Shown: piece by piece, positions 1 through 10,954 of the stretch
Numbering within the stretch: position 1 is the stretch's first letter
How the letters are laid out: each line of letters begins with the position of its first letter
Notes under the pieces: model-generated
What the model saw: only the letters and a program-made list of their open reading frames with translations
Database searches by the model: none
Told to the model about the DNA's origin: nothing
Source of the DNA: Geosiphon pyriformis uo1
Lineage: Eukaryota > Fungi > Glomeromycota
DNA length: 64,000 nt
Direction of reading: 5' to 3'
Assembly: GCA_016748015.1 (NCBI GenBank)
Contig: JAAOMT010000441.1
Location: 449,128 to 513,127, forward strand
Position numbers and translations under genes: made by a program

Positions 1-748
1 GCAAAAAGAGCATATTGTTGCACCCAGAGACCAGACAAGACAAGAAGAGCATTCCACTTTCTGGTCCAATTAACCATGATGTCATCCACTTTGAGCTTCA
101 CTTTATTAGGTTCCAAAATAAGAGAATTACCAACAACCAAATAGTCTAGAACAACTTTGCAAAAGGGCTGCTCCAAGATGCTCTGAATCATCTCACTTTT
201 GTCTGTACTGAACTTCACCATACACTTATCAATTGTATCTCTGATAGCAGATCTTTTGGCCACTTCAGATTCATAATATTTGGACTTTCTATATTGCTTT
301 CTAACCTTCAAAAGATGACTTATCAAGCCAGCAGAACTCACACCATCCCCGACCATACCAAAAACTTTGGAAGCTTTGGAAGGGTCAACTTTAAACCAAG
401 TGTCAGCTGGATGATTAAAGCCCAATGTATCATCCAGTCTCAGCACCTTTAATAACTTAACAACTAACAGCTCTAACCTGGAAAATTTAGAAGAAAGTTT
501 ATTCTTAACACAATCAAATTCACTATACCAATGTCTTGAAAAAATTTCTTCAGCAGAAGTAGTCATGGCTTCAGCTAGCACCCCCCATATTCCATCTAAG
601 TTGCCATCATTTTCAGCTGTCTTGAACCCATCCAGAGAATCCAAAAGTGCACACTCAGAAAGTTCTTTGAAATGTGCCCACTTTTTCTCATCAGCATCTT
701 TAATCTTAAACTTCCAGTGATCCTTATTAGCATGTTTGCAGATGCTGT
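1..748 (-). pseudogene. LINE-A ORF2 fragment (post-endonuclease region), continuing off the left edge; interrupted by Ty3 copy 1
   Basis: Minus strand reads ...SICKHANKDHWKFKI...ESEVAKRSAIRDTIDKC...ILEQPFCKVVLDYLVV...NWTRKW, collinear with ORF2 of the LINE at 45.7-52.6 kb (QANKDHxKFKI; SVLEKPFRKVVLDHLIV; RWTRKR). Confidence 0.9.
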
Positions 749-960
749 TATTACCAGACAAAATTAGAGATATTATTTAGCATAAAATTATCTTATAATT
801 CCTATCATTAATTAGCATATATTATCGTTTCAAATTATCACTTATTACATTAGCAAAAATGTCCGAAATTATCATTTAATTAATAACCCAAATTGTACAC
901 AACACAAATGTAACCTAATTGCAATGATCAATCATGCAATACCCTGAACTATGTAATATT

Positions 961-1100
961 CAAAAGTTCGCCAAAATTTATAGAAATTTGCCGAAATAAT
1001 TGATAGTTCACCGAAATATCTAATAGTTCACCGAAATATCTAATAGTTCACAGAAATAACTTGTAGTTTGCCGAAATTTATCTTTAGTTCAGCAAAATTG
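961..1100 (+). repeat. 20-bp tandem array in LTR U3 (core GTTCRCCGAAA); 7 units here, 6 in the other LTRs
   Basis: Units begin at 961, 981, 1001, 1021, 1041, 1061 and ~1081. Confidence 0.85.
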
Positions 1101-1148
1101 TAAAAAATAACAAAGTTCAAGTTCATAGAATAGTGTTATGACAAGTTG

Positions 1149-1156
1149 TATAAAAG
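1149..1156 (+). promoter_or_regulatory. Putative LTR TATA box (TATAAAAG)
   Basis: GTTGTATAAAAGAAGAGC is identical in all four LTRs and lies just downstream of the repeat array. Confidence 0.6.
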
Positions 1157-1747
1157 AAGAGCTTCTCTCTTCGAGAAAATGTATCTTATTTTAGATTTAA
1201 CAATTAGAATCATCCTTTACACACAAAACGAAATAAATATCAAATAATTTGAAAAATCAAATCCTGAATCATTTCACTTTTGAAATTAACTAATTTCTAC
1301 AAAACAGTTTGAAATTGATTAGCTACCAATTTCAGTAAACTGTTAGTGACTTCAGGCCTGGATAGAAAATGTTTCTCTTAACAAAATTCTATTTCTTTTA
1401 CATTTCTTTTATTTTTCTTTTCTTTTCTTTTTATAATCATTAGAGTAGCCTACAGACAAGATTTCTGTAGAAGAGTTGACTTTCACAGCAAAGTAGCTAT
1501 ACATTTTAGTGAGCTTCCAGATGAGCAATTTCTGGGAAAGAGTTGACGTTTACTACAACGTAACTATATAAAGTAACTGGCACAGAATTGGTCATTCCAC
1601 TTATAAGCCCAGCAGTTCAAATTATAGAAGATAATTTGAAGATAAATTTAGTGATTGGAGGTTCAACCACATCCAGAAAACGGGAATTCACAGCAAACAA
1701 GCATTGACAACATTTAAGAAAAAAGACCAAAAACCTCCAGTAACATT

Positions 1748-1758
1748 TGGTGCTCTCC
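1748..1758 (+). promoter_or_regulatory. Primer-binding site (TGGTGCTCTCC)
   Basis: TGG starts 2 nt after the LTR end; copy 2 has TGGTGCTCT at 15686-15694. Complementary to a tRNA 3' end ...GAGAGCACCA. Confidence 0.75.
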
Positions 1759-1790
1759 CATGGAAACAACACAGCAAAAACAACTTCAAA

Positions 1791-4700
1791 GTGGTGACCA
1801 CACCAGACACAACAACTCTAGAGTATTACCAATCAATTTATACCCACTGCAAGCAAAGATTCAACATTCCAGACAGAATTAAAGTTGTCAAGAAATCAGT
1901 ATACCAATACATTGAAAACTGCATCAACAATTATCTTTTTGGAAATTACAATATTTCAGAAGTTAGAAGCAACCTTTACAATAATTTAACACACTATTCA
2001 CAGTTGGGAACTGAAGACCTTAATAGTGAAACACTTGCCACTTACTTTCACAAACTTAATTTTAACATTATCAAATACTGTGAAAAAACATATCCAGTGC
2101 AGTCTTAATACACTATTGATTTTGAATTGGAAACAGAAACAAGCAACAAAGGCAAAAACAAATTAAAGCAATATTCAAGAACCACCCCAAATACTCCAAC
2201 ACNNNNNNNNNNNNNNNNNNNNAAATCAGTATACCAATACATTGAAAACTGCATCAACAATTATCTTTTTGGAAATTACAATATTTCAGAAGTTAGAAGC
2301 AACCTTTACAATAATTTAACACACTATTCACAGTTGGGAACTGAAGACCTTAATAGTGAAACACTTGCCACTTACTTTCACAAACTTAATTTTAACATTA
2401 TCAAATACTGTGAAAAAACATATCCAGTGCAGTCTTAATACACTATTGATTTTGAATTGGAAACAGAAACAAGCAACAAAGGCAAAAACAAATTAAAGCA
2501 ATATTCAAGAACCACCCCAAATACTCCAACACTACCAAAAACAACTGCCAAACATTTACAAACACCTGAACAAGGAACCAGCTCAAAACTTCTATTTACT
2601 ATCACATCTTTTCTAGCTTCACTTGCACAAGCACAAACACCTAATTCACTCTTGAATCGATTTACAAGACCAGAAGATTTTACATCACTCAAAAGTCCCA
2701 CCAGACAACAAGAATCCCTTCAAACTAGTTTCAATCTCCTTGATTTTCTAGCTGAAAATCAAAGTGAACACTCTGAGACAGCAGCAAATGAAAAAAACAA
2801 CTCTGAAATAACTGAAAAAGAATCAATAGACAGTAAAAATAAAGAAGACGAAATAACAACATACATCGCAAAAATCCCTGAATTCAATGGAGAAGATATT
2901 GAGACCAGTCCCCAAGAATGGCTTGACCAAGTTACTAAAGCTGGAGATGCAAATAGATGGAATGCTGCCAGAATGTTAAGAACAATTCCCTACTTTCTCA
3001 AAGGAACAGCAGGAGAATAGTTTGAAAACTTGGCTGCCCCATTCAATGATTGAAACGCTTTCAAAGCAGCCTTTCTTGAACAGTTCACCGACAATAATAC
3101 TTCCATCACCCTTTGCAATTGTTTTTGAAATATCAAACAAGAACCCTCTGAATCTGTTATGACTTATATTGGGAAATTCAACAAACTTCTCAGACAAATT
3201 CGCCAACTCGAAACAAACGATTATTATTCCAATGCTTAAATCTTGGATCAATTTATTGCTGGTCTAAAAGATAAACTAATTAAAAAGGTTCGCCCACATG
3301 TGCCAGAAGATTTAAACTCTGCCATACAGCATGCGAAAAGATACGAAATGGCCATGGAAGAGACCAACCACACAAAACTTGTAAATTTGGCAATTGGAAA
3401 AACCAGCTTAGCAGCTGAGGAAAAAATTGACCAACTCACAAAGAAAGTTGAAAACTATTTCACCAATCAACAACAACAGCAACCCCAAAGATATCAACCA
3501 CCCCAAAGACGAAATCAAAATAACTTTGCACCACTTTCCAATATCCAGCCTTAGAATTGCCATTACTGTAGAATCTCTGGCTACTGGAGAAGAGATTGCA
3601 AAAAGCTACAACAAGACCAACAAAATAGAAGTAATCAATGTTACCCTCCACTACAACAATCTTATTATCAACCGCCACCACCAGCTTACTATCCACCAAG
3701 ACCCCAATACCAAAATAACTATTATCAGCCTGCCTCACAGCCAATCCAACAGCAATACCAACAACTGCTCATCCAACATTATCAAGTACCTGTTCAAAGA
3801 CTGCTTACACAGAATCCATTCATACCACAAAACCAATACCAAGTAAACAACAATAGAATCAGTTCGAATAACCAATTGGTTTCTCGAAATACCACTCAAC
3901 CAAGACCCAACCACTACCACACTCAATCCAGTTATTTAACAATGCCAGAAGAACAGGATTTTCACCATACTGTACTCTCGGAAGGTAGAGCTGCAGCACA
4001 ACAACAACAAAATCCTTCCTATACTCCCACTACAATTCCACCAGCCAGAATTGCTGAAAACACTAACCTTTCAAATATATTCCCTTTTAAGTTCAAAGCA
4101 AATAAGTCACCATTTCTGCTTAGCAATGCAGCCGCCAATGAACAAAAAGCAATCACGGCCATGTACACTAAAGCCGAAGTTGAAGGAAAAACAATTTACT
4201 TGATCCTAGACAGTGGATCCGCCGGAAGCATTATCACCTACCAGTTAATGCAACAGTTGAAAAGAAATGTCAACCGACCAGCTCAAACAGTAATCGTCAC
4301 TGCCGATGGCATGAAAAAGACCCCAGTAGGAGAAATTGACAATTTTCCATTCACTCTTGATGGAATCACCATTCCAGTCAAAGTTCTTGTAATGGACGCA
4401 CCCTAGTACCAAGCTCTCATCAGAAATGATTGGCTTCAAAAAGCCAATGCTAATCTGAATTGGAAAACACAAGAATTAACAATTTCTTACCAAGGACAAC
4501 ATGCCCGGGTACCTGTCATTTGTGGTACATTCAACAAATGCTCTGAAAAAGCCCTGGCTTTTGAATTCGAACTGGAAGAGGAAAAACCCCTCATTAAAAC
4601 ATTCATGGCTCTGGGATTAACGTCCAATTGGGCTGATGAAACAGAACAAGAACATTTTACCCCACACACTAAATCCGAAATCTCTGGATGGAATATATCT

Positions 4701-7700
4701 TACTCAAAACCCAAACCAAGGAAACAACGCCCCTATATTCCTCTTAAATATAAGAACTGTCACAAGAAACTATTGTCAATGGGAGCCTGCATTTCACCTG
4801 AAGAAGAATATGAGAATCATACTTGTTATTACTGCAAGGCTTGCCACAGAGAATGATGGGGCCATCTAATAAAAAGAAGTGGAAAATAGGACAACACCCC
4901 TTGTTTGACTTGTGGAGATATGCTACCAGAAGAATGCAATTAGATTGATGTAGCCATGAGAGGAGGAGTCTGCAATCAGACCTGCCAATATGCTTTATCA
5001 ATTTCAGAAAAAGTAAAAAGAGGAACACCCTTTAATGCAGCATACAACAGTGCTTTTAACAAACTTTATCACTACCCCCATGATGCCAAAATGATTTTCG
5101 ACCTAGCAATGGCATTAATTAATAGAGCTACCAAAGAAGATGTTCACCAAATGAAGGAAGCAGAATACATTGAATACACCATGAAATTAGCTGGATTTGA
5201 TTACGAAGACGAAGTAAAAATCTACCACCAAATTGCAAGTCACACCTACCCAACCCAAGAAGCTCAAATTCAATGATTAGAGCAAATGAACATTAGGCTA
5301 TGTGAAGAATGTATTATGCCTTGTGATGAACAGTGGTGTTCTGAATGCTATGCTCTTAGCATTCCCTTGTCCAGCAAAAATGATAAATATGAAATTGAAT
5401 TTGGAGAACTTGAAGTGACAGAAGAAATTGAGACAACACCCATCTATCTCATCAATAATCAGCCTGCTTTACAACTCAAATATTTCAACAACAATGGACA
5501 AGGAACAGAAAAAGCCCACAAGATCAATGTTGGATATGATCTAAGATATCCAGGAAAAGATACTCTTACTCTCAAACCCAAATCTCTCACAAAAATCAAC
5601 CTCAAAATTGCCCTCAAAATCCCACCAGAAGCAATGGTTCAAATTGCTTCTCGATCATCCTTGGCAAGCAAAGGAATCAATGTTAGAGGAGGAATCATCA
5701 ATGCTGGATACACAGGAGACATTACAGTCATGTTACAAAATAAAACTGATAAATCTTTCAAAATTGGATATGCTGAAAAAATTGCTTAAGCTATCTATTT
5801 ACCCTTAATCAATATTTTGGGTTTACAATTAGTTAATCAAAGAGAACAGTTGGGAAAAAGCGAAAGAGGAATACAAGGTTTTGGTTCAACTGGACGTTTC
5901 ACAGTTCCAGTAAACATAGCTCTCAATGAACAGAAAGAATCTCACCAGATTTTACAACTTCCACAACCAATTACCATTTCACCCTTTGGAGAACACCCTG
6001 AAATTTACATTTGTAAAAAGCCAACAACCACACAACAAATTTTTGAATCAAACAAACAAATCTACTTGAAACATAATATCTTGATCCCAAACATTTATAT
6101 TCCAGAAGGAACAAAGAAAGTCTGAGTTACTTTTTACAATCCCAACAATTATCCTATAGTTTTATTAAATAACTTAGAAATTGGAATCATTCACAGTAAT
6201 ATCTTTCAACAAGAATTACCCCAAACAGTCCCCGATTTTTCTGAAATTATTGGACATTCACTACCAAAAATCAACTCAAACCCCAGCTCTGAAAACTACC
6301 ATATTGTTATGGAAAAACTATCTCGAATCAACATGGGACAACTTGAACCACAACAACAAAACCAGCTCAAAAAACTAATTGCAGATTTTGCCGATATCTT
6401 TGCCAAAAACAACAATGACTTAGAAAGAACCGATTTGGTGCAACACTAATACAAGAGATGCCAAACCAAGGCGACAACAAGCCTACCGAGTTGCTCCAGA
6501 AAGCCACCAATTTATCCAAAAAGAAGTACAACAGATGCTTAACAATGGGCTTATCCAACCATCAATGAGTCCATGGGCCTCACCAGTGGTCCTGGTTAAA
6601 AAGAAAAATGGAAAGATACGATTTTGTGTTGATTATCGACAACTCAACAGTGTCACTATTGAGGATGCTTACCCTCTTCCGTGAATCGATGACATGTTAG
6701 ATGCCCTTGGAAAATCTAAATACTTTTCAACATTAAACCTAGAAAGCGGATACTGGCAAGTTGCCATGGATCCCAAGGACTGCCCCAAAACAGCATTCAC
6801 AACACAAGGAAGAAACTACAAATTCAATGTAATGCCCTTTGGATTATGCAATGCGCCAGCAACATTCCAAAGACTCATGGATGTTGTATATGCTGGACTC
6901 CTTTGGAAATCAGTAGTTGTCTATCTTGATAACACTGATGTTTATTCTCCATCTTTCGAACTTTATTTAATTCACCTGTGAGAAGTTTTTCAACAATTAC
7001 GTAGAGCAGGATTAAAACTAAACATTGAAAAATGCCATTTTGGAAAAACAAGTTTGGTCTTTCTTGGTCACATAGTTAATGAAGAAGGAGTCAAACCAGA
7101 TCCAGGAAAAATCAGTGCTGTTAAGAACTTCAAAGTTCCACAAAATACTACAGAACTAAGAGGATTCATAGGATTAGCATCCTACTATCGGAAGTTTATC
7201 AAAGAATTCTTGGAAATTGCAAAACCCCTCAACCAGCTCACCACCAAAAACGTTGAATACAAATGGACTACCAAACACCAAAAAGCTTTTGAAATCCTCA
7301 AGAAAAAACTAACAACAGCTCCAATCCTCGCCTACCCAGATTTCAACAACCGATTTCGACTAGCTACAGATGCTTCATATACTGCCTTTGGTGCCATCTT
7401 ATCACAACTAAATGACAATGGAAATGAGCAAGTAATTGCCTATGCTAGCAGAACATTAAAACCAGCTGAGAAAAACTACTCTGCCACAGAACTAGAAACA
7501 GCAGCTGTAATTTGGGCCCTACACCACTTCAACCTTTATCTCAGGCCTAAAAAATTCGATATTATCACTGATAATATTGGACTCAAATGGCTTCAGAACA
7601 AAAATACTCAGCTGAATGCAAAACAAACCCAATGGACAGGATTTCTAGCAAACTATTAATACATAGTACATCACAAACCAGGAAAACTCCACACCAATGT

Positions 7701-7731
7701 TAACTGTCTCTCCAGAATGAGACAAGATTAG
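1791..7731 (+). pseudogene. gag-PR-Cys-rich-dUTPase-RT-RNase H polyprotein of copy 1
   Basis: ORF pieces 2457, 3243, 3876, 4605, 4956, 5286 and 5817 share one frame. Motifs: capsid IPEFNG..WL; knuckle CHYCxISGxWxRDC; PR ILDSGSA; dUTPase GYDL/RSS/GYTGDI/GFGSTG; [39 protein letters not shown]; RH TDAS, YSATELE; ends SRMRQD-TAG. Many nonsense codons and one frameshift near 6447. Confidence 0.92.
5500..5900 (+). pseudogene. dUTPase domain within Ty3 copy 1 polyprotein
   Basis: All five trimeric dUTPase motifs recognisable: VGYDL, ASRSSLA, GGII(N)AGYTGDI, KIA(Q>stop)AI, RGIQGFGSTG. Confidence 0.92.
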
Positions 7732-7783
7732 AAAAACACAAAAACCAACACTCAACTTAACCAACCAAAAAAGCCAACAAACA

Positions 7784-9168
7784 ATAAATTCGAAAAACTA
7801 CAATGATCTCAAACAATATTTGGAAACATTAACAATCCCAACAGATTGGTCTTCAGAGGAAAAACATCGACTACAACAACAAGCCAAACAATATTTTCTA
7901 CACAACAACATTATTTATTACCGAAATTTCAAAAACTCAGACAAACCACTCAGATTAATACAAGAACAGGAAAAAGAAACTATATTATACAACATGCACT
8001 CAGATCCTTCATCAGCCCACTTCAGAAAAGACAGCACCACCCAAAGAACACTAGAATACTACTTTTGGCCTCAAATAAGAAAAGACATTCACGAATATGT
8101 CGAATCTTGTGATAGTTGTCAAAAAAGAGGAGGAACTTGCCCTACAGAACCTTTAAATCCAATCAAAGTTGAACAGTCTTTTGACAGAGTTGGTATCGAT
8201 TTAGTCAGACCACTACCTATCACAAACCAAGGAAACCACTACATTACAGTAGCCGTAGACTATCTCACCAAATAGCCTGAAGCCAGAGCCATTCAATGGG
8301 CAGATGCAAAATCAGTAGCAAACTTCATCTACAAAGACATCATTGTAGACATAGATGCCCAATAGAACTTTTATCTGATCAAGGAACACATTTCATGAAC
8401 AATTTAATCTAGGAAATTTGTGGACAATTTAATGTCAAGAGACCATTATCTTCATTCTACCATCCACAAACAAATGGACTGGTAGAATGGTTCAACAGAA
8501 CATTGTGTGAATCATTAGCCAAAGTTTCAACTGATTTTGAGCAAGAATGGAATCTCTTTATTCCATCAGTGTTACTAGCATATAGGACACTAAAACAAGA
8601 TATCACAAAACACACACCATTTGATTTAACTTACGGAAGGACGGCAACATTACCAATTAGTTTCACAGTGGAAACATACCCAGTACAACCAATCAATGAA
8701 AACAATTTCCAAGAAACGCTTCAACAAAGAGCCTACACTCTGCTTAGCACATTGGAAGAAAAACGACAAATAGCAGCCACTCATATTGAACACTCCCAAG
8801 CTCAACAAAAAGAATGGCATGATGACAAATTGCCTCCAGTCACCAATGAATTTAAAATTGGAAACAAAGTTCTCTTACATAGAACTAAAGCCGAAAAACA
8901 ATAAAATGGAAAATTTGAAAATAAATGGGATGGACCATTCTTTATCCATGAAGTTTTAGGCAACAGATCATATAAGCTAAGACTTGATGACAAAATTCTA
9001 GCAAAAGTTGCACATGGAGATCGTTTGAAACACTATAATTCCAGAAACAATTCTGAACTATTAATTCCACAAATTGGTACACATTTCCCTTTAATCAATT
9101 CCAAAGACATTCCCCAAAATTTAGAACCAATAGTTGTCATTGAACAGCCTCACAACTTGAATACTTAA
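7784..9168 (+). pseudogene. Integrase of copy 1 (separate ORF; start ATG mutated to ATA)
   Basis: HHCC (HSDPSSAH...CDSC), D (RVGIDL), D (LSDQG), E (GLVE), GPF motif (WDGPFFI). 1-nt deletion near 8343. No chromodomain. Confidence 0.9.
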
Positions 9169-9289
9169 TTTAAATTTATTATTATAGTTATCTTCTTATA
9201 ATTTAGAAACAATCTCACAAAAACAAAACAAAAATAACATAAAAACCCATGCACCAAAAATAATTTTCTTTTATTTCAAATTGCTTATA

Positions 9290-10009
9290 ATGACTATTCC
9301 TCAAAACATTCAACAATTATCCCAAAAACTAATGTTGGTTTTAAAAACAATACCCAAATTATCCATTACTGTTACTGAAAACCACATTAATTATACCCAA
9401 ACAGAAGTAGTTACAAATTTAGCCCCAAATTCACAAAAATATCACCCGTATAAGAAGAACACAAGAAGTTATACTGGAATTTACCTGCCAGAACTTTTAA
9501 AACTTGCTTTAAGAGAAAACCTAATGCTCACTTTGATTAGTATTCCACCAAATGCTACAATTCAACAAAGACTTCAACTGTGTTTCAATGAGGAAAATAC
9601 TGAATATCCTTCAATCTATAGATATTTTCACATTGGAAAAACACTCTACAAATGGAAACTGGAACTTACAACAGCAAACCTCACAAAAAAAGCTATTCAG
9701 AAACAACTTCACAACAAATTCAAGACAACAGCTGAATCAACAAACAGTCGCTACAGGCTTAGAGCTGCTCTTAGACTTTATGACTTATTCCACACCTGTG
9801 AAAACATACTACAAAACCCAAATTTTCAACCTTTGAAGATTCAATACATTGGAAAGCTCACAGAACTGAAATTTCAACAATTTTCAGACCAAATTTCTTC
9901 AATAATTTTGGATTATTATCTGGAAATGACAAACAGTACTTGGACTTTGACAGAGCTCAGTCTTGAAGAGGAGGTTATGTTACCAGACAAAATTAGAGAT
10001 ATTATTTAG
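9290..10009 (+). CDS. ORF3, uncharacterised 239-aa accessory protein in env position (intact frame)
   Basis: ATG at 9290; uninterrupted to TAG inside the 3' LTR. Same length (720 nt) as the homolog in copy 2. Confidence 0.8.
   Translation: MTIPQNIQQLSQKLMLVLKTIPKLSITVTENHINYTQTEVVTNLAPNSQKYHPYKKNTRSYTGIYLPELLKLALRENLMLTLISIPPNATIQQRLQLCFNEENTEYPSIYRYFHIGKTLYKWKLELTTANLTKKAIQKQLHNKFKTTAESTNSRYRLRAALRLYDLFHTCENILQNPNFQPLKIQYIGKLTELKFQQFSDQISSIILDYYLEMTNSTWTLTELSLEEEVMLPDKIRDII
9965..9974 (+). promoter_or_regulatory. Polypurine tract (GAAGAGGAGG)
   Basis: Ends 3 nt before the 3' LTR; GAGAAGGAAG at 23291-23300 in copy 2. Confidence 0.8.
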
Positions 10010-10954
10010 CATAAAATTATCTTATAATTCCTATTATTAATTAGCATATATTATCATTTCAAATTATCACTTATTACATTAGCAAAAATGTCCGAAATTA
10101 TCATTTAATTAATAACCCAAATTGTACATAACACAAATGTAACCTAATTGTGATGATCAATCATGCAATACCCCGAACTATGTAACATTCAAAAGTTTGC
10201 CAAAATTTATAGAAATTTGCTGAAATAATTGATAGTTCACTGAAATATCTAATAGTTCACAGAAATAACTTGTAGTTCGCCAAAATTTATCTTTAGTTCA
10301 GCAAAATTGTAAAAAATAACAAAATTCAAGTTCATAGAATAGTGTTACGACAAGTTGTATAAAAGAAGAGCTTTTCTCTTCGAAAAAATGTATCTTACTT
10401 TAGATTTAACAATTAGAATTATCCTTTACACACAAAACGAAATAAATATCAAATAATTTGAAAAATCAAATCCTGAATCATTTCACTTTTGAAATTAACT
10501 AATTCCTACAAAACAGTTTGAAATTGATTAGCTACCAATTTCAGTAAACTGTTAGTGACTCCAGGCCTGAATAGAAAATATTTTTCTTAACAAAATTCTA
10601 TTTCTTTTACATTTCTTTTATTTTTCTTTTCTTTTCTTTTTATAATCATTAGGGTAGCCTACAGACAAGATTTTTGTAGAAGAGTTGACTTTTACAGCAA
10701 AGTAGCTATACATTTTAGTGAGCTTCCAGATGAGCAATTTCTGGGAAAGAGTTGACGTTTACTACAACATAACTATATAAAGTAACTGGCATGGAATTGG
10801 CCATTCCACTTATAAGCCCAACAGTTCAAATTATAGGAGATAATTTGAAGATAAATTTAGTGATTGGAGGTTCAACCACATCCAGAAAACAGGAATTTAC
10901 AGCAAACAAGCATCAACAACATTTAAGAAAAGAGACCAAAAACCTCTGGTAACA
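9978..10954 (+). repeat. 3' LTR of copy 1 (977 bp)
   Basis: TGTTACCAGA...TCTGGTAACA, a perfect 10-bp terminal inverted repeat. Confidence 0.95.

Larger units (their letters stand above)
749..1745 (+). repeat. 5' LTR of copy 1 (997 bp)
   Basis: Starts T(A)TTACCAGA (G>A vs the other three LTRs) and ends CCAGTAACA. Direct repeat of 9978-10954 plus one extra 20-bp unit. Confidence 0.95.
749..10954 (+). mobile_element. Ty3/Gypsy LTR retrotransposon, copy 1 (dUTPase-bearing, separate IN ORF, extra ORF3), inactivated
   Basis: Paired LTRs 749-1745 and 9978-10954; TSD CTGT (745-748, 10955-10958); PBS after the 5' LTR; PPT before the 3' LTR; domain order gag-PR-DUT-RT-RH-IN. Confidence 0.96.

Noticed and set aside
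961-1100. CRISPR-like array
   Set aside because: Period is only 20 bp with no unique spacers, it lies in a eukaryotic LTR, and there are no cas genes.
1635-1790. gag frame extending into the LTR across the PBS in copy 1
   Set aside because: No ATG, and the frame is broken by stops and A-run indels in copy 2.
1893-2532. Exact 310-bp duplication in gag of copy 1 (1893-2202 = 2223-2532)
   Set aside because: Identical copies flank a 20-N gap and copy 2 lacks the duplication: a scaffolding overlap artefact.
5274-5276. TGA shared by both Ty3 copies (also 18884-18886) as a programmed read-through site
   Set aside because: Most simply a CGA>TGA CpG hotspot hit twice or inherited. It falls inside the Cys-rich module, not at a domain boundary. 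Only a family consensus could revive the idea.
9290-10009. ORF3 as a true env gene
   Set aside because: No signal peptide, furin site/fusion peptide or transmembrane anchor is visible, and it is too short.
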